Shown: positions 23,163 to 24,000 of the stretch, piece by piece
Position numbering within the stretch: the stretch's first letter is position 1
Layout of the letters: every line of letters starts with the position of its first letter
Assembly (NCBI RefSeq): GCF_007559005.1
Contig: NZ_CP041763.1
Coordinates: forward strand, 690,463 to 714,462
DNA length: 24,000 nucleotides
Direction: 5' to 3'
DNA from: Gordonia zhaorongruii
GTDB taxonomy: Bacteria; Actinomycetota; Actinomycetes; Mycobacteriales; Mycobacteriaceae
Made by a program: the position numbers and the translations under genes
Notes under the pieces: generated by a model
What the model was told of the DNA's origin: nothing
Databases searched by the model: none
The model's input: the letters and a program-made list of their open reading frames with translations, nothing else

Positions 23163-23181
23163 TTAGGTAACCCTGAGTTTG
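23163..23181. promoter_or_regulatory. Second, weaker IdeR-box-like motif
   Basis: TTAGGTAACCCTGAGTTTG matches TWAGGTWAGSCTWACCTWA at 14/19 positions by hand count. It shares TTAGGTAA-CCT with the hmuO box, but its right half-site is poor. Confidence 0.25.
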
Positions 23182-23296
23182 TGTGCAGTTAACCGCGAGG
23201 GCTGCGAGGTCCGGCCGTCAGCACAGGAAAGACTCTCAATCCGAACTCGATGGTTGTCGGGGATGGTATAGCGTCCACGACGTCGTCGAGTGGAGT

Positions 23297-24000
23297 GTGT
23301 GTGAAGAATTCGTGGTGGCGCTCGCACTGATTCCGGAGGCCATCTCGTTCTCGATCATCGCCGGTGTGGACCCGCGCATCGGTCTCTTCGCCTCGTGCAC
23401 CATGGCGGTGACCATCTCGATCGTCGGTGGACGGCCCGCGATGATCTCCGCAGCGACGGGTGCGGTCGCACTCGTCGTCGCCCCGATCGCCCGCGAACAC
23501 GGCCTGGACTACCTGCTCGCCACCGTCATCCTGGCAGGCGTCTTCCAGGTGATCTTCAGCGTTCTCGGCGTCGCCAAGCTGATGCGCTTCATTCCGCGGA
23601 GCGTGACGGTCGGCTTCGTGAACGCGCTCGCGACCCTCATCTTCGGTGCTCAGATCACGCATATGGTCGACGTGCCCTGGCTCGTGTATCCGATGATCGC
23701 CATCGGTCTGGTCATCATCTTCGGCCTGCAGCGGCTGACGTCGGCCGTCCCGGCGCCCCTGGTCGCGATCGTGATACTGACGTCCATCACGATGGTGTTC
23801 GCCCTCGACGTCCCCGACGTCGGTGACGAGGGCGATCTTCCGGACTCCCTTCCGCACTGGTTGATCCCCGACGTTCCCTTCACTCTGGAGACCCTGCAGA
23901 TCATCGCCCCTTACGCCGTCGCCATGGCGATCGTCGGGCTCCTCGAATCGCTGATGGCCGCGAAGCTCGTCGACGACATCACCGAGACGCACTCGGACAA
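23297..24000 (+). CDS. SulP-family inorganic anion (sulfate/bicarbonate-type) transporter, 3'-partial
   Basis: This frame is open to the window end, so it is absent from the track. It reads EFVVALALIPEAISFSIIAGVDPRIGLFASCTMAVTISIVGGRPAMISAATGAVALVVAP...LLESLMAAKLVDDITETHSD, a strong SulP signature. The start is uncertain: in-frame GTGs lie at 23183, 23297 and 23312, none with a good SD. The antisense 267-aa ORF 23189..23992 is a shadow. Confidence 0.85.
   Translation, partial: MCEEFVVALALIPEAISFSIIAGVDPRIGLFASCTMAVTISIVGGRPAMISAATGAVALVVAPIAREHGLDYLLATVILAGVFQVIFSVLGVAKLMRFIPRSVTVGFVNALATLIFGAQITHMVDVPWLVYPMIAIGLVIIFGLQRLTSAVPAPLVAIVILTSITMVFALDVPDVGDEGDLPDSLPHWLIPDVPFTLETLQIIAPYAVAMAIVGLLESLMAAKLVDDITETHSD

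Noticed and set aside
22966-23296. Possible Moco or other riboswitch upstream of SulP, moaB or moeA, and a possible glycine riboswitch upstream of the AGCS symporter (15190..15300)
   Set aside because: By eye I could not find the conserved cores I remember for these classes. Covariance-model scanning (Rfam/Infernal) is needed to exclude them properly.

Overview
High-GC actinobacterial chromosome, Mycobacteriales-like (Rhodococcus/Nocardia-type codon usage). It is densely coding core genome. I saw no IS elements, prophage genes, CRISPR arrays or recognisable defence genes. Gene order parallels the M. tuberculosis Rv0979A-Rv0996 region. In order: a VWA protein (5' partial), an NTF2/SnoaL-like protein, mug, an AEC transporter, rpmF, an SDR, mprA-mprB-pepD, moaB, heme oxygenase hmuO, mscL, a SAF-domain protein, nhaA, an alanine/glycine:cation symporter, the FmdB/Ruc zinc-ribbon chaperone, 5-formyl-THF cyclo-ligase, and galU. 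These are followed by moeA(glp)-rimJ, a long acidic three-TM membrane protein (GlpR/SepX-like by position), two hypothetical proteins, tRNA-Ala(CGC), and a 3'-partial SulP transporter that is missing from the ORF track because it runs off the window. Many long ORFs in the track are GC-driven shadow frames antisense to these genes, and I rejected them. The observations most worth follow-up are listed here. (1) An unannotated 27-codon Phe-rich acidic peptide gene with its own promoter, structured leader, SD and terminator, in the AT-richer tRNA-Ala/SulP intergenic island. (2) The Glp/GlpR-type module, whose putative receptor carries a 15-bp x6 tandem repeat and an 80-residue block that is about two-thirds Asp/Glu. 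(3) A near-perfect CIRCE (HrcA) operator on the ruc promoter. (4) An IdeR/DtxR-type iron box on the hmuO promoter, with a related motif near SulP. (5) An MscL with a C-terminal Pro/Gly/Gln/Tyr-rich tail of about 150 aa. (6) Several unexplained promoter-proximal repeats. I see no clear multi-gene novel system here. The novelty candidates are small-scale: a peptide gene, operators and domain expansions.
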